Positions 25,909 to 38,670 of a DNA stretch of 64,000 nt are shown here, piece by piece. The DNA comes from Octopus vulgaris (Eukaryota), in assembly GCA_951406725.2 (NCBI GenBank), contig OX597818.1, positions 64,356,001 to 64,420,000 of the forward strand, read 5' to 3'. Positions within the stretch are counted from its first letter, which is position 1. The number at the start of each line of letters is the position of its first letter. The position numbers and the translations under genes are program-made. A model generated the notes under the pieces. It saw only the letters and a list, made by a program, of their open reading frames with translations. It searched no databases and had not been told where the DNA came from.

Positions 25909-27600
25909 GATGTAAGTTTTGGTATCTTGATAATTGGGTAATTAAATATGAAGTGAAAGTTACTGAGTCAGCGCTTTAATTATCGGATTGTAACATTAGA
26001 GACATAAGTCTTATTTTGCTACAGTTTGAACTAATTTATAGATATTAGTATTTAACAAGTTCCAATACGCCATACGGTCTTTTCACATTTTTTTTTATGT
26101 GGATTTATACAATATTGGTAATCATTCCCGAGTCATATGCAAATGTAGACATTGTCCTAAAAAGAAATATCTATTTCGTAATTAAGCATATCGGAGTATT
26201 TTTATAGAATGTTACCCAGTTACACAATAAGATGTATTTTCCCGAACATTCGAACATTTAAGTGTGATAATTAATTACAAAGTTGCCCTCAATTTGTTTA
26301 AGATAAGTGTCTAAAATCATCTTTTTTCATCAGTAATATCATATCTTTTAGGCGAAGCCTAATTGAAACTGTTTAAACTGATGTAATTAGGGATTATCAG
26401 CGTATAATTCCCCTCCCAAGGTTCAATAGTAAATTATAAAGCATTTTCCACATAGTAATATTCAGGTAATCCAATATGTTTGCAGTTATATTCGATATAG
26501 ATTTGTCTCTTAGTATGCTATCAACGTAATTTCATAAGACAATATAATTGCCCATATTCATAATTTCCCTTATTGTCGCAAACTGATAAAGAGTAAACAG
26601 CATGTGAATGCGGAACATTCTCTCTATGTATATACTGTGGTTAATTATTGAAACTCGCAACTATTTTTCTTATCATTGAAGTATCTGAAAAATTCGCTCA
26701 TACATAATCTTGTTATACAATAACGAGAGATATATTATTTGGCATCTAATATGCTCATTGGAGTTTAAGGGTATTTTTGGAACATATCTTAAATAATATT
26801 GTAACACGTTTCAAAATAAATTATGTATCGGACGATAAAATCGGAGATAGAGCGTTTCCAAATATGTGCTCGTTACTGCTGGATAGTTTTCTGATGTAGG
26901 TCTGATGAAGTAGCTTAGAAAGTAGGCTAAAATCCGACAACTTTTATTACAGTTGATTCTTCGAACATATTCCGTATAGTTGAATCTATACAAGTTTACC
27001 AACTGGATGTCTAGACAGCGAGAAATCTATTATAACTTTCAAATGCTACACTTCAAAAGAATTTTAACATTAAACAAATATCAACAGATATAGCATCTAA
27101 ATGTATTGCAGAAAGCAGTCGCAAAAAATGGTAAATGGGCCATTAATATTATTCCAATGACATTAATTTCTGAATGATGTTGGCTTCGCGATGCTCGTCT
27201 TTGGTCATTTCTTTAGATCATTAGTGCATTTTAAATGCAATTGTTTTCCTTATAATAATACATTTTGTAACATTTCTACAAATCGATAACTATTATGGAA
27301 TTTATATTATTGTATCGACAGAATCTGTGATGATTTAAGTCAATTAATGGCTCTAGACAATAAATCATACAAGGACAAACACCTATATAATATAATTATG
27401 AATACGGAGAATTTTACTGAAACGGTGACCAGGCGCAGGGACGATGGTCGGAATATGAATACCGCTTGGCCATCAGAGGAATATATAGCGGTCAATACAT
27501 TTCAACGCCATCATAGTGATGTGCATGTTAATGGAACGTTAGAGAGAATATTTTACGAAAAATTGAATTAACTAACAAAATTTGAAATAACTAAATATCC

Positions 27601-27830
27601 GTTTCTTTATTACCCACAAGGGGCTACACACAGAGGAGACAAACAAGGACAGACAAACGGATTAAGTCGATTACATCGACCCCAGTGCGTAACTGGTACT
27701 TAATTTATCGACCCCGAAAGGATGAAAGGCAAAGTCGACCTCGGCGGAATTTGAACTCAGAACGTAATGGCAGACGAAATACAGCTACGCATTTCGCCCG
27801 GCGTGCTAACGGTTCTGCCAGCTCGCCGCC
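27601..27830 (-). mobile_element. SINE family B, full length
   Basis: Reverse complement of the 2111-2340 unit. Confidence 0.9.
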
Positions 27831-27958
27831 TTTTGAATTAACGAAATATCGTACACAGACACATACACACACACATGCACACACACAAACACACTAATAC
27901 ACACACGCACAAACAATATTTTGCGATTTTACACAGTCATTTATATCTATGTCCATAT

Positions 27959-28362
27959 CCTATTTCTGGGTCTATGATTTTGGCAAGTGTATTATTAAAA
28001 TTAGGTGGGTATGGAATTATACGATTTATAGGATTATTTAAGTTTTTAGGTGGTAATTATATAGTATTATTAGTTGTTATTTGTTTATGGGGAGGTTTAT
28101 TGACTTCTGTTATTTGTGTTGGTCAGAGAGATATAAAAAGATTGATTGCTTATTCTTCTATTGGTCATATAGGGGTGATGTTAGCGGGAATAATTAGGGG
28201 ATTTATTATTGGTTGAGAGGGGGCTATTTTGATGATGGTTTGCCACGGATTATGTTCTTCAGGTTTATTTTGTTTGGGAAACTTAATTTATGAAAATGTG
28301 TTGGTGATATGCTATTAAGATCTTAATGAAGGGATGAATATAATGCCATTACTTTCCTTGTG

Positions 28363-28363
<1 letters not shown>
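27959..28363 (+). pseudogene. ND4: NUMT: nuclear copy of part of mitochondrial NADH dehydrogenase subunit 4
   Basis: In the invertebrate mitochondrial code, 27959-28297 is open: PISGSMILASVLLKLGGYGIMRF..QSDMKSLIAYSSIGHMG..GWEGAILMMVCHGLCSSGLFCLGNLIYEN (TGA=W, AGA=S, ATA=M). A scrambled stretch follows, then MNMMPLLSLW. Confidence 0.93.
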
Positions 28364-28405
<42 letters not shown>

Positions 28406-28439
28406 CATGTCTATCTCTCTCTATATATATATATAGTTG

Positions 28440-28670
28440 GAATTTAAAAGAAAAAAGCAAAAAACAATACGAAGACAGTTGTGTAAACAACAAACAAATG
28501 TATTATTTTAACGCTTGGAATGTTAGAAAGACTTTTACGTTTCGAGCCTACGCACTTCAACAGAGAGGAACACACAAACAAAGAGGGAGAACGAAAAAGG
28601 TTTAGCGGCTAGCGATTAATCATGGCGAAGGACGGGCAGAGGTTGTCAGACAGGAAGGGTAGGAAGAAGG
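28440..28670 (-). mobile_element. Copy of the CUGUUGA hammerhead-like repeat family
   Basis: cttttacgtttcgagcctacgc.cttcaacag and gctagcgatt.a.catggcg are shared with 14843-15056. Confidence 0.7.
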
Positions 28671-28699
28671 GGATACATATTTGTAATTTTTCTTTCTTT

Positions 28700-28923
28700 T
28701 TCTTCTATTTGTTTCAGTTATTGCACTGCAGCCATGCTGGAGCACCACTTTTAGTCGAACAAATCGACCCCAGGGCTTAATATTTGTAATCTTAGTAATT
28801 ATTCTATCGGTCGTTTTGCCGAATCGCTAGGTTACGGGAATTAGACACACCAGCATCGGTTGTCAAGAGATGTTGGGAGCACAAACACAGACACGCAAAC
28901 ATATACACACACATACATGCATG

Positions 28924-28963
<40 letters not shown>

Positions 28964-29160
28964 CGACATATTCATAAACACTAACACACATATATACTAC
29001 GAGCTTCTTTTAGTTTCCGTTTATCAAATCCACTAACAAGGATTTGATCAGCCCGGGAAGATAGTAGAAGACACTTCCCCAAGGTGCTACGCAGTGGAAT
29101 TCAACGCAAAACCATGTGGTTCCTAAGCAAGCAACTTACCACAGAGCCACACCTGTGCCT
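28700..29160 (-). mobile_element. SINE family A, older full-length copy
   Basis: Collinear with the family A consensus, with more substitutions. Confidence 0.85.
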
Positions 29161-29446
29161 GCATATATATATATATTCAACTTTCTCTTCCTGTCTATAT
29201 GTGTGTGTCTCTCTCGTATATTTATAATGCTCTTATTCATCCCATTTAATTCGTGGAATCATTTCTATTCAGTGTAAGTCGCCCTTTTCTGGTGATATGT
29301 ATACATTAGTTCATTCATTTTCATAAAATATATTTCCTATTCTATGCATATTGAGGGATTAACTTGCTTGTCTATACATTTCCTCCTCTATCTGCTCATG
29401 TTCAGATTCACTTGAGCGTAATGAGGTGTAGTATATATATATATAT

Positions 29447-29506
29447 ACTTTGATAGGTTTCGGCCATTATTGGCCCAGGCCATGTCTAACTTAATAGCAC
29501 CACCTG
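29447..29506 (-). mobile_element. 3'-UTR-only copy of the CR1-like LINE
   Basis: Reverse complement CAGGTGGTGCTATTAAGTTAGACATGGCCTGGGCCAAT..GGCCGAAACC matches 24768-24820. Confidence 0.8.
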
Positions 29507-29508
29507 AT

Positions 29509-29574
<66 letters not shown>

Positions 29575-29576
<2 letters not shown>

Positions 29577-29760
29577 TGGGCCCCACCTGCAAGGTCATGT
29601 GCTGTTTATCACTATGTCACGCGCAGATGGTTATGAAGCATGTGCCTAGTGTACCCTTATCAGGCGGGTAGTCATGATGGGTATACTGGGCTTCGTATAT
29701 TTTACCCCAGTGTCACTTTGATGGCATGCACTGCTCTCTCACTCAATAATAATAATAACT
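29575..29760 (+). mobile_element. Unclassified retroposon 3' end with (AAT)n tail
   Basis: GC-richer island inside (TA)n, ending ctctctcactc(aat)n. Confidence 0.45.
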
Positions 29761-29810
29761 ATGATAATATTTCATAGTAGTATATACATTCTCTAATTTA
29801 AAGCGACATA

Positions 29811-29894
<84 letters not shown>

Positions 29895-30353
29895 AGCGCT
29901 CTGAGTTTAAAGCGCCTGTTGGAAAGGAACAAACGGAACTGGAGTCAACAGTGAATATTGGATATATATTCTGTAGGATCGTGTTCTGTTGTCAAGAGCA
30001 GGATACGTGAATCATGCGAAGCCGCTTGATAATCGAAATGCCCAGGCACCTAATAATCTTGAGCCCCAACCATTTCTCTAAAGCAGTGTCACATGTCATA
30101 AACCTTGGAAGATAATATCTGGACTTAAAAGACAGATGCTAGTTTACAAAATCATTTCTTTTAGAATCGGATTTCAAAGGGCAAATGTGCAGAAGTTTGA
30201 ATAATACCTGTCACTCTTGTATTACATCCTGTCAATCAGCTGCTTGTCTTCAAGGTAATGAGAGGTATCATAAATGGAGTGATTGTTACCTGTGATTGAG
30301 AAAGGTGTGCGTTTTGAATGGACGGCTATCATTTGTCAAGACGAAGCAATCAT

Positions 30354-30384
<31 letters not shown>

Positions 30385-30385
30385 C

Positions 30386-30620
30386 TATTGAAGTAGTGAG
30401 TTTTTGTTGAGTTCTTGTTGAGTGAGTTGTTTCCAGGTATGGGTGGCTTATTCGGTATTCCTTGAAGAAATCTGCCCAGACCCCGTTTAAAGGTGACGGG
30501 ATCCTTTTCCTCTTTGATCTTATTCGGCGCAATGTTAAACAGAGTAGGGCCTGTTGAGGAAAAGCAATTAAGTCGCAGTGTACCTACATATTGTTGGGAT
30601 TGTCCGGAATCTGGCGACTA
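30386..30620 (-). mobile_element. CR1/L2-group LINE ORF2 C-terminal relic
   Basis: Minus strand TLRLNCFSSTGPTLFNIAPNKIKEEKDPVTFKRGLGRFLQGIPNKPPIPG; homologous to 24541-24752. Confidence 0.75.
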
Positions 30621-30734
30621 CTGCCCACACTTCTTGTGATGCTTCGGCTTACAGCTAAAACTGAACGATGAAGGGATATCACGATCGGCACTCTCCAGCC
30701 ATCCACAGCTGTTGCTAGCATTTAGTCGTAGCCA

Positions 30735-30995
30735 ATGCTGGTGGCGAGTAACTAGCACGTAAACAGCACCTTTCGAGGGTTGAGAAGAAGACCTACTGAG
30801 CCGTGTAAAAACGCAGTCGTGACAGATACTGGTGTCACGCAAATGGCACTTGTACCGACAGCACCTAATATCACCCATTACACTCTCGGAGTGGTTGGCG
30901 TTAAGACGGGTATCCAGCCGTAGCTATGCCTTTTAGATTGCCAACCCCTGTCAAACTGTCCAACCCATTCCAGGTTGGACAACGGAGGTTAAATT

Positions 30996-31044
<49 letters not shown>

Positions 31045-31080
31045 GGAGGAGGAGGAGGAGGAGGAGGAGGAGGAGAAGAA
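30735..31080 (+). mobile_element. SINE-like 3' portion ending in (GAT)n/(GAG)n
   Basis: ggttggcgttaagacgggtatccagccgtag..tccaacccattccag..cggaggttaaa followed by a (GAT)n tail. Confidence 0.55.
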
Positions 31081-31717
31081 GTAAGTGTCATAATGAATGT
31101 TAAGGTATCATCTTCATCCCTTCATTACGAGGTTATCAACAACACATTGTCCAAGGCCTTTATGAATATAAACACAGATATAAATGTTTGAGTAATCAAG
31201 CAACATGTTCCATGTCATCTTGTTCTCATATAATTAGAGAGCGTAACGAAGTGTAGTCTATATACAGACTATGCATATTTATTTATTTATATATATGTAT
31301 GTGTGTTTGTATATGTTTAATTTGAAATATTTTTAAGATAGAAGGGATTTTCTAGAAATGTGATAGACTGCCGCTGAGAAACTTAGAGATAGAAAATATA
31401 TTATATTTTCATACTCATTATAAATAGGATGGTAAACACGAGCATCGTAATATTAAACTCCTGTAGATATATCTAGTATCAAAATGATTGCGTGTAGTTG
31501 TGTGAGTACTCAAGGCCTAAGCGTGTGAATACACGTCTGTTCTAGGACGGCCGTCACTGACAGTGCGTGTATGTGTGTATGGGGGTGAATAAAAATATCT
31601 GCATGCGCAGTTGCTTAAATTGAGGATATTAAGTCCCCGTATTACTCGTGATACCAAAGTATACTTATCAATACTTGCTTATACTGGATGTATTCTATAT
31701 GTATCAAGACTAAGAGG

Positions 31718-31800
31718 TCATCTGATGAGAACGGTTTCCTCCAAATGATGTAATGTTTTCGTTAATCAATTAAAGAAGTCGCTTGAAACGGCCGCAGTGA
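31718..31800 (+). ncRNA. Decayed hammerhead motif
   Basis: TCAT-CTGATGA-GAACGGTTTC..GAAGTCGCTT-GAA-ACGGCCGC-A-GTGA; stem III is one change from the palindrome ACGGCCGT (U16.1 to C). Confidence 0.5.
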
Positions 31801-31825
31801 ATAGATATATGGGCAACTTTTTTTC

Positions 31826-31885
<60 letters not shown>

Positions 31886-31986
31886 CTACTACTACTAATA
31901 TAGGATGAATGTTTTTTCTCTACAGAAAAGAATTCCATCAAGAAATGTGGCAGCATATTAAAATACCTTTATGGTTAACATTATAA

Positions 31987-32134
31987 ACAACTTATATGAA
32001 ATGGCTAAAGAAAAATTATTTCAAAGCCAATATGCTGATTTTCCACATATAATCTACATATAGCGTGTAGATTATATGTGGAAAATCAGTATATTGGCTT
32101 TGAAACAATTTTTCTTTAGCCCTTTCTTATAAGT

Positions 32135-32137
<3 letters not shown>
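31987..32137. repeat. Long inverted repeat (about 73-bp arms, 5-nt loop)
   Basis: acaacttatatgaaatggctaaagaaaaatt.tttcaaagccaatatgctgattttccacatataatctacat versus its reverse complement from 32065. Confidence 0.9.
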
Positions 32138-32187
<50 letters not shown>

Positions 32188-32196
32188 AAACATATG

Positions 32197-32350
32197 TACG
32201 TGGTCTGATAAATAAGTGTCGGGACAGTTGCCAAAATATTGCAGCTAAACAACACAGAGTAAAGCCGCTTGGCACATATTGAACTTGACCTCTACTATGC
32301 ATGTACATGGAGTTTTAATGGTCTAGCTTACGTGGACTATTTACAGGATT
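32197..32350 (+). mobile_element. Probable mariner-type terminal fragment
   Basis: TA|CGTGGTCTGATAAATAAGTGTCGGGACAG resembles mariner TIR starts; partner TIR not seen. Confidence 0.35.
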
Positions 32351-32419
32351 GCTTGAAAGAAAGGTGTGTAGCGTGTGATTATCGCAATTATCACACGGCA
32401 AAAAATGTCACATGGCACA

Positions 32420-32613
32420 TGGCAAAAAATGTCAGTACGCCGGGCGGAATGCTTTGCGGTATTTCGTCTGTCTTTACGTTCTGAGATCAAATTGCGCCGC
32501 GGACGACTTTGCCTTTCATTCTTTCGGAGTCGAAAAATTAAATACCACGTGCATACTGGGGTCGATGAAATCACCTGGCCCCTTTTCAAAAATTTCGCGC
32601 TTTCTGCGTAGAG

Positions 32614-32615
<2 letters not shown>
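32420..32615 (+). mobile_element. SINE family B copy (alternative 3' end)
   Basis: acgccgggcggaatgctttgcggtatttcgtctg..ctttgcctttcattctttcggagtcga. Confidence 0.8.
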
Positions 32616-32649
<34 letters not shown>

Positions 32650-32657
<8 letters not shown>

Positions 32658-32975
32658 TAAATAAAACATATGCATATATATATACATATATGTATGTACC
32701 TACCTCTACATGTATATATACACGCATATATGAGTACAGAACACCAAAAAACGTCGAACACAATGAGAAGCGAAAACATAGACACAAACCCAAGGAACTG
32801 GACATTTTTCTTAAACAACAAAAAAATAGAGTACAGGACAAATAACACAAGGAAAAAACTCCTTTTTCAGTCGCCATGGTTTCATCTACTCTACGTTCCG
32901 AAGGTGAAGGCGAGACGTATATGCCACATGAGAGTCAATCACCTCTCGCCTGAAGAAATGCACTTCTCCCGTGAA
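32650..32975 (-). mobile_element. Second copy of the 22371-23270 repeat (3' part)
   Basis: Reverse complement tctcgccttcaccttcggaacgtagagtagatgaaaccatggcgactgaa.. matches 23000-23270. Confidence 0.8.
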
Positions 32976-33114
32976 AAAAAATAGCTAACTCTTGTTTGAA
33001 TTTCGCTGCCTGAGACTGTGTTGATGTGTGTATAGGCAATCGCTTATGACCTCTCCATAAATGTTTTTTGTTGCTGCTATTCTAATTCAGCTTACCATGA
33101 GCATGACTAGCATC

Positions 33115-33210
<96 letters not shown>
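33115..33210. repeat. (TAG)n microsatellite
   Basis: Direct reading. Confidence 0.95.
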
Positions 33211-33682
33211 TCATTCGGATTCCTTTGAATAGAAAGTATTGATTAAATAGATTCCAGAAATTTTAGAGACGTTAATTTTAATAACCAGAAAGTTAGCAAA
33301 GAAATAAGTTTTTGGAGGATGAACTTGTATTCAATAAAACAGACAGACGGTATTGTTAACGCTGTGCCAAACACTAAAGTCACGTGCTAAATTCAATATG
33401 TCATAATTTGCCGATATGTGTATATCATGCTCGCTTTCATTTTTCATCCATTTCTTTGCCAGGCCGGATTATGCCAATATTATTTAGAACAGTTGCCCAA
33501 CAATCTCATAATAATCATGAGTCTATGCGTAAAATTTAATGTTGAATATTGCAGTCGCAGCTGTAATAAGTTTGATTATATAATGAAAACAATTACATCA
33601 TATAGTCTTAGAAATGGACCAAGATATATGATACCAGAAAGCACGCGTTGTTTATTCAACTAAAGGCTTCCATACAAAGTGC

Positions 33683-33753
<71 letters not shown>

Positions 33754-33832
33754 CATATATGCATATATACATATATGCATATATACATATATATATACAT
33801 ATATATATATATATACACATATATATATATAC

Positions 33833-33895
<63 letters not shown>

Positions 33896-34550
33896 TATAT
33901 ATGCATATGTATGTATGCATATGATATATGTGATTGGCTTGAAGACTTGTTAAGATATGAAGGTATTTTTCTTCGCATGAAACCAATGTTAGATTTAATA
34001 CACAAATAAAGAAATTTATCCACCCACCAATGCGGAGTTGAGCCCTCATTCATGTAGGTTGTCATTTATGTATGTGCATATATAGATATATGTGTGTGTG
34101 TGTGTGTGTATGTTTGTATATGAAAGAGTTAAGGAATGTAGTAGATGATGTGTCATAGTGAGGGGAACGTCGGAAGTGGTAAATATTCATGCGAGGTGCG
34201 TACTGTAGGTTACTTCTCAGGTCAAGGTTATCTTGATAAAATGATTACATTCTCGCAAGAAAGTGCACAGAGGTACACGTAAGATTCGCTCAGATTAAAC
34301 AAATGCTGATCGAATTTTTCCTGTTTTAACCTATACCTCCATGTAAACTTCATTTGATCAATATACACTTGGCCTAACGACTAGCCTGTGGTATACATCT
34401 CGCTTATATATTTATCGCTCCCTAGGTTCCGCTCGCTACTCCATATCTTAATTCTTGTACTCTTAGGCGCATACCCAGCAACCCTGATTGCCTGTCATGC
34501 CGTACTTCGATTGCTTGAAGATAATTTTCTTCCTACACCATTAATTTTGT

Positions 34551-34643
<93 letters not shown>

Positions 34644-34657
34644 TGTGTGTGTGTGTA

Positions 34658-35080
34658 TATAATCAAAATAAGCAACAAGAATATCTTCGTTAATTTGGTA
34701 CGATCGTTTCACGCTACATCATTTTATTAAACATTGTATGTATTATAGCAGTTTTAAAATTTTGAGCAATCATCAGCCACTTATAGAAGTTTCCCATAAG
34801 TACATATACTTATTTTCATGTTAACATGAAAATAACTATATGTACTGATAGGAAACCTCTATAAATGGCTGATGATTGCTCAACATTTTAAAACTGTTGT
34901 AATACTTACAATGTTAACATGAAAATAAGTATATGTACTGATGGGAAACCTCTATAAATGACTGATGATTGCTCAACATTTCTAAACTGTTGTAACACGT
35001 ACAATGTTTAATAAAATGATATAGCGTGAAACGATCGTACCAAATTCCCGAAGATTTTCGTGTTGCTTATTTTGATTATA
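34658..35080. mobile_element. Fold-back repeat with a hammerhead in each arm and an internal 92-bp tandem duplication
   Basis: Centre catgttaacatg (about 34822). HHR on - at 34696-34779 and on + at 34958-35043: CTGATGA-long stem II-GAA-ACGATCGT-A-CCA. Confidence 0.85.
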
Positions 35081-35199
35081 ATCACCCTATAGATTTATAT
35101 GGATAACACCATACAAAATTCTGGTGCGTCTAGCTTAAGTACTATATTCATTTGAATCTAAATGTTGCTGAACTTATATATATATATATATATATATAT

Positions 35200-35406
35200 C
35201 ACAGAGATATACTTGAATAGCAAGTGACTTGATCTGAGAACTTGTGCGGAAACAACAATAAATGCAGCGTGGAATGTGTTTGTAAGCCATCTAAGAACAC
35301 ACACATACCGTTAGTTTCACTTCAACATTTAAATTTAGTACTCGTCAAAAAATTTTCGTCGCTTTCAAACCGCGACCTGTTCAACGACAAGAATTCGTGC
35401 TTCATC
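35200..35406 (-). mobile_element. Older copy of the G3-C8 hammerhead repeat family
   Basis: tagcaagt.a.ttgatctgaga, taagccat.taagaa, ttttcgtcgct..ccgcgacctgttca match 57721-57910. Confidence 0.75.
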
Positions 35407-35469
35407 TGAGAAAGTAGTAGCTAGTTCATGGTATATATGTGGTTAAGTATATATGCATATATTTTCTAC

Positions 35470-36230
35470 TTTTATTTATTAAAATGTCTTCCACTGAGGT
35501 GGGAGCCGGTTTCCAACTAAGGTACAAGGCTCCATCTTTGAGGTATAGTTAACACATACAAATCTACATTTTGAACTTTAGAAATGTGTTGCATACTTTT
35601 AGTGTTACTGTCACAAATTCGACTTGTACTGTATGAAACAGCCGGTCAGTTTCTCGTTGTGAAAATCCCATTTTATCCATGTTCTACTTTAGACATTTAC
35701 TAACGGAACCTAGTGGTCCAATTATTATTGGTATGAATATGAATTCATAGTTTGGATGTAGAAGCTTGATGTTTCGAAACAGTTGTCCATAAATATCTTC
35801 TTTTCTCTGATTTTCAAAGAGATATTTATATCTGCAGGGCAGCTGACATCTATGATGATACATACATTTGCCCATCTGTCCCAAACAACAATATCCGACC
35901 TGATAAGCTTACATTTGACAGGCGTTTTGATAAGAAATTCCACCAGTATTTCTTGAGTTTGTGAATATGAAAGTATTCCATAACTGATGAATTTTCTGAG
36001 TTTATTTCAGGACAGTCTTTTTGTGGCTGGCGTTGTCAGTCTTTTTTTTTGTGGAGGACCTTTTAAATTCTCTTAGCAACCACATTGTGCCACATAGGGA
36101 GTTAGTCCCGTGACGACATTTCAGGACATCTGTTAATCACAAGCGTAATATCTTCTATAGAAACAAGATATAACCTATACCTCCGGATTATCGCTCAGCG
36201 CAAATGCACTCTGCATCGACAACAGATTGC
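35470..36230 (-). mobile_element. R4/Dong-like non-LTR retrotransposon relic: zinc knuckle, restriction-like endonuclease and 3' UTR
   Basis: Minus strand EDITLVINRCPEMSSR..HNVVAK (decayed CCHC), IKTPVKCKLIRSDIVVWD..IIDVSCPADINISLKIREK, DIYGQLFRNIKLLHPNYEFIFIPIIIGPLG, KVCNTFLKF*; frameshifts and stops. Confidence 0.8.
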
Positions 36231-37557
36231 ATTCCCAGAATACAGAATGATACCTTTTAGTGAACATTGAGAAATGCGCAAATCAACTAGTACCACAATT
36301 TATAATCCTTCCATTCTATCAATGTGCTCATATGTGTTTATGTGTGCGTGTGCGTGCGTGTATGTGTGTGTGTGAGAGAGAGAATGAGTGTCTGTTTCTG
36401 ATGTGGCTTTAATTATGTTCTTCTGTACAATGCCTGGGATCGAAATATTCTAGATATCGGGATAATGTTAGAATATTAATCTGTCGAGATAACCTAAACA
36501 AATAATGTTAAAATAATATTTATTATGGAAGCATAGCATCAGATTAACATGGTGTTGTGTTTGTGGTTCTTATGACGAAGCATGTATAATAATATCGATG
36601 GTATCTGAAAAAGTTATCTCACACGAAACTGATAAGATATGACAAGAACATAAACAGGGCTAACAAATGACAAAACAGATACACGAGGACCTCATGGTAT
36701 AAGGAGGGGGGTATTGGTATTCCAAAAATTATAGTAATAATCTAAATTGACATTCGGAGCCTTCCGATATTTTCGAATACGTATTTTCATCCATAGTTTA
36801 CACACGAAAATATCATATCATCGATCAATCACACGCTTCTAACCGTAGTGTATATCTTTTAATATTTATGTTTGAAAATGTTCTCGGAATATCGAGTTCT
36901 CGTCTTTAATTTCCTGTTACAACACAATGCGTTGCACTAACATCTATATTTTCATATCTAATTTCCCATTTTATCTACTTTATCTGGACACTGCTGCCTT
37001 CAATTATTTCACACAATAGTGGTATTTAGTGATCCAGAAATAGGAGGGATATCTTAATATTCTGAAATAATATGAAGTTTGCTATTGTCTACGTCGGGAT
37101 AATAACCTCAACATGGAAAAATAGCAGCATTGAAATATCTGAGATATTTTTCTTCTCTTTTATTTTTACCTTGTAAAATGATGAGTGAGCGAAAGCTGTT
37201 AGACCAAAACATGTGACTTATTTTCCATTCACATTCGGGAAACATTTTAACAATTTCATTGATATATACGTGGGTTTTTCTTTTATTTATAAGGTCCTAC
37301 ACAATTAACGAGAGTATATTTACTATTTACACTTCATTTCGAATGATATATAACAGTATCTATGAATAGCCATTAATATGTGTATCTTTCCACCAATAAT
37401 TGAAACAAAATGGAGCATATGTATATGCACTCGAGAAATACCTGTTGTAATTCTACACACGTTTGAAAACACTATACAATTTGACACATGATCATTCCTG
37501 TTTTATGCATTCATATATATGTACGTATACACACACACACACAGACGATCACAAACA

Positions 37558-37680
<123 letters not shown>

Positions 37681-37703
37681 TATATATATATATACATAGA
37701 CGT

Positions 37704-37963
37704 GTAAAAAATATATGGAAAAAGAATCTGGAAATGCAGGAGTCTTTTACAAATTTAAACGATTTCACTTATTTAAAAAAAGATCTTCAGAAGTAAAGTG
37801 TGAGGTTTTGTGTATCGTATGTGGTTCCAAATATTAGTTTTTTAACATCCCAGATGATACACAAAGTCTCACATTTTTAAATAAGTGTAGACGGTTAAGT
37901 TAATAAATACTGTTAAAAGACTCCTGCAGTTTTAGATTAATCTCTTTATATATATTTTTTCAC
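37704..37963. mobile_element. Old fold-back repeat with a decayed hammerhead-like motif
   Basis: Arms tgcaggagtctttt/aaaagactcctgca, cacttatttaaaaa/tttttaaataagtg, tgtgagg.tttgtgtatc/gatacacaaag.ctcaca; minus strand ACTT-CTGAAGA..AAATAAGT-GAAA. Confidence 0.6.
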
Positions 37964-38429
37964 TGCCCTGTTACAATGTCTTGGAAATACACGATATAAG
38001 ATTCTTGACAATACTTCAGGTGTCGTTTCGATACTTCATAGGACATGACTCATATCCTCTATTTATCGTAGTTTCCAGCGCTACATTCCAATCCCCATTA
38101 CACCCAACACACTCTATCTTCCTTAATATCATTCGTCTTCTGTGAGATTAACGTATTTTCCCATTACCTCTGCTCCATTCTTCTGCAGAACTCCCAACTA
38201 ATTCAACTGCACATCTTCACCTCTAAATTTCCCTAAACTCTAACCGTAATCCTCGTGAGTTATTACTTCGCAACACATCCGTCACAATTCCTACAGAAAT
38301 CCATTATATCAGTATTTCCTTTGCTCATTACTTCTGTGCTGCAGCACCTATATGACACCTATAATTTAATCCTTACCTGACAGAACAGTTCAAGGTGCAC
38401 CACATGGAAAAATGAGATATAACAAACGT

Positions 38430-38670
38430 ATACTGTGGAGAGCGCAGACTACTTACTTCGCACGCAGACCGGCGAAAGGCAAGTGCAGCAAGGTAGACAA
38501 AAAAAGTACCCCGAAGATGCAAATAAGGCCTCACTGAAGAGCTTTCAGCTCAACCGCGATACATTGGAAACTCGAGCACAGGACAACCCTGCTTGGAGAA
38601 GTTGCATGAACAGAGATTTCACTGTCTACGAATGGAACGTGGCAGCAGGGGAACGACGGATGAACTAATA
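38430..38670 (+). mobile_element. RTE-clade LINE C-terminal relic
   Basis: GRQKKYPEDANKASLKSFQLNRDTLETRAQDNPAWRSCMN resembles the RTE/BovB-type GGQKKRYKD.LKASLK..WE..AQDR..WR motif. Confidence 0.7.

Noticed and set aside
26895-26942. CTGATGA followed by a TAGCTT/AGGCTA hairpin
   Set aside because: The G of GAAA and stem III are missing; too degenerate to call.
27875-28216. ORF-track ND4-like ORF as a functional nuclear CDS
   Set aside because: It is a partial mitochondrial-code sequence fused to a (CA)n-derived start, and it terminates at TGA (Trp in mitochondria).
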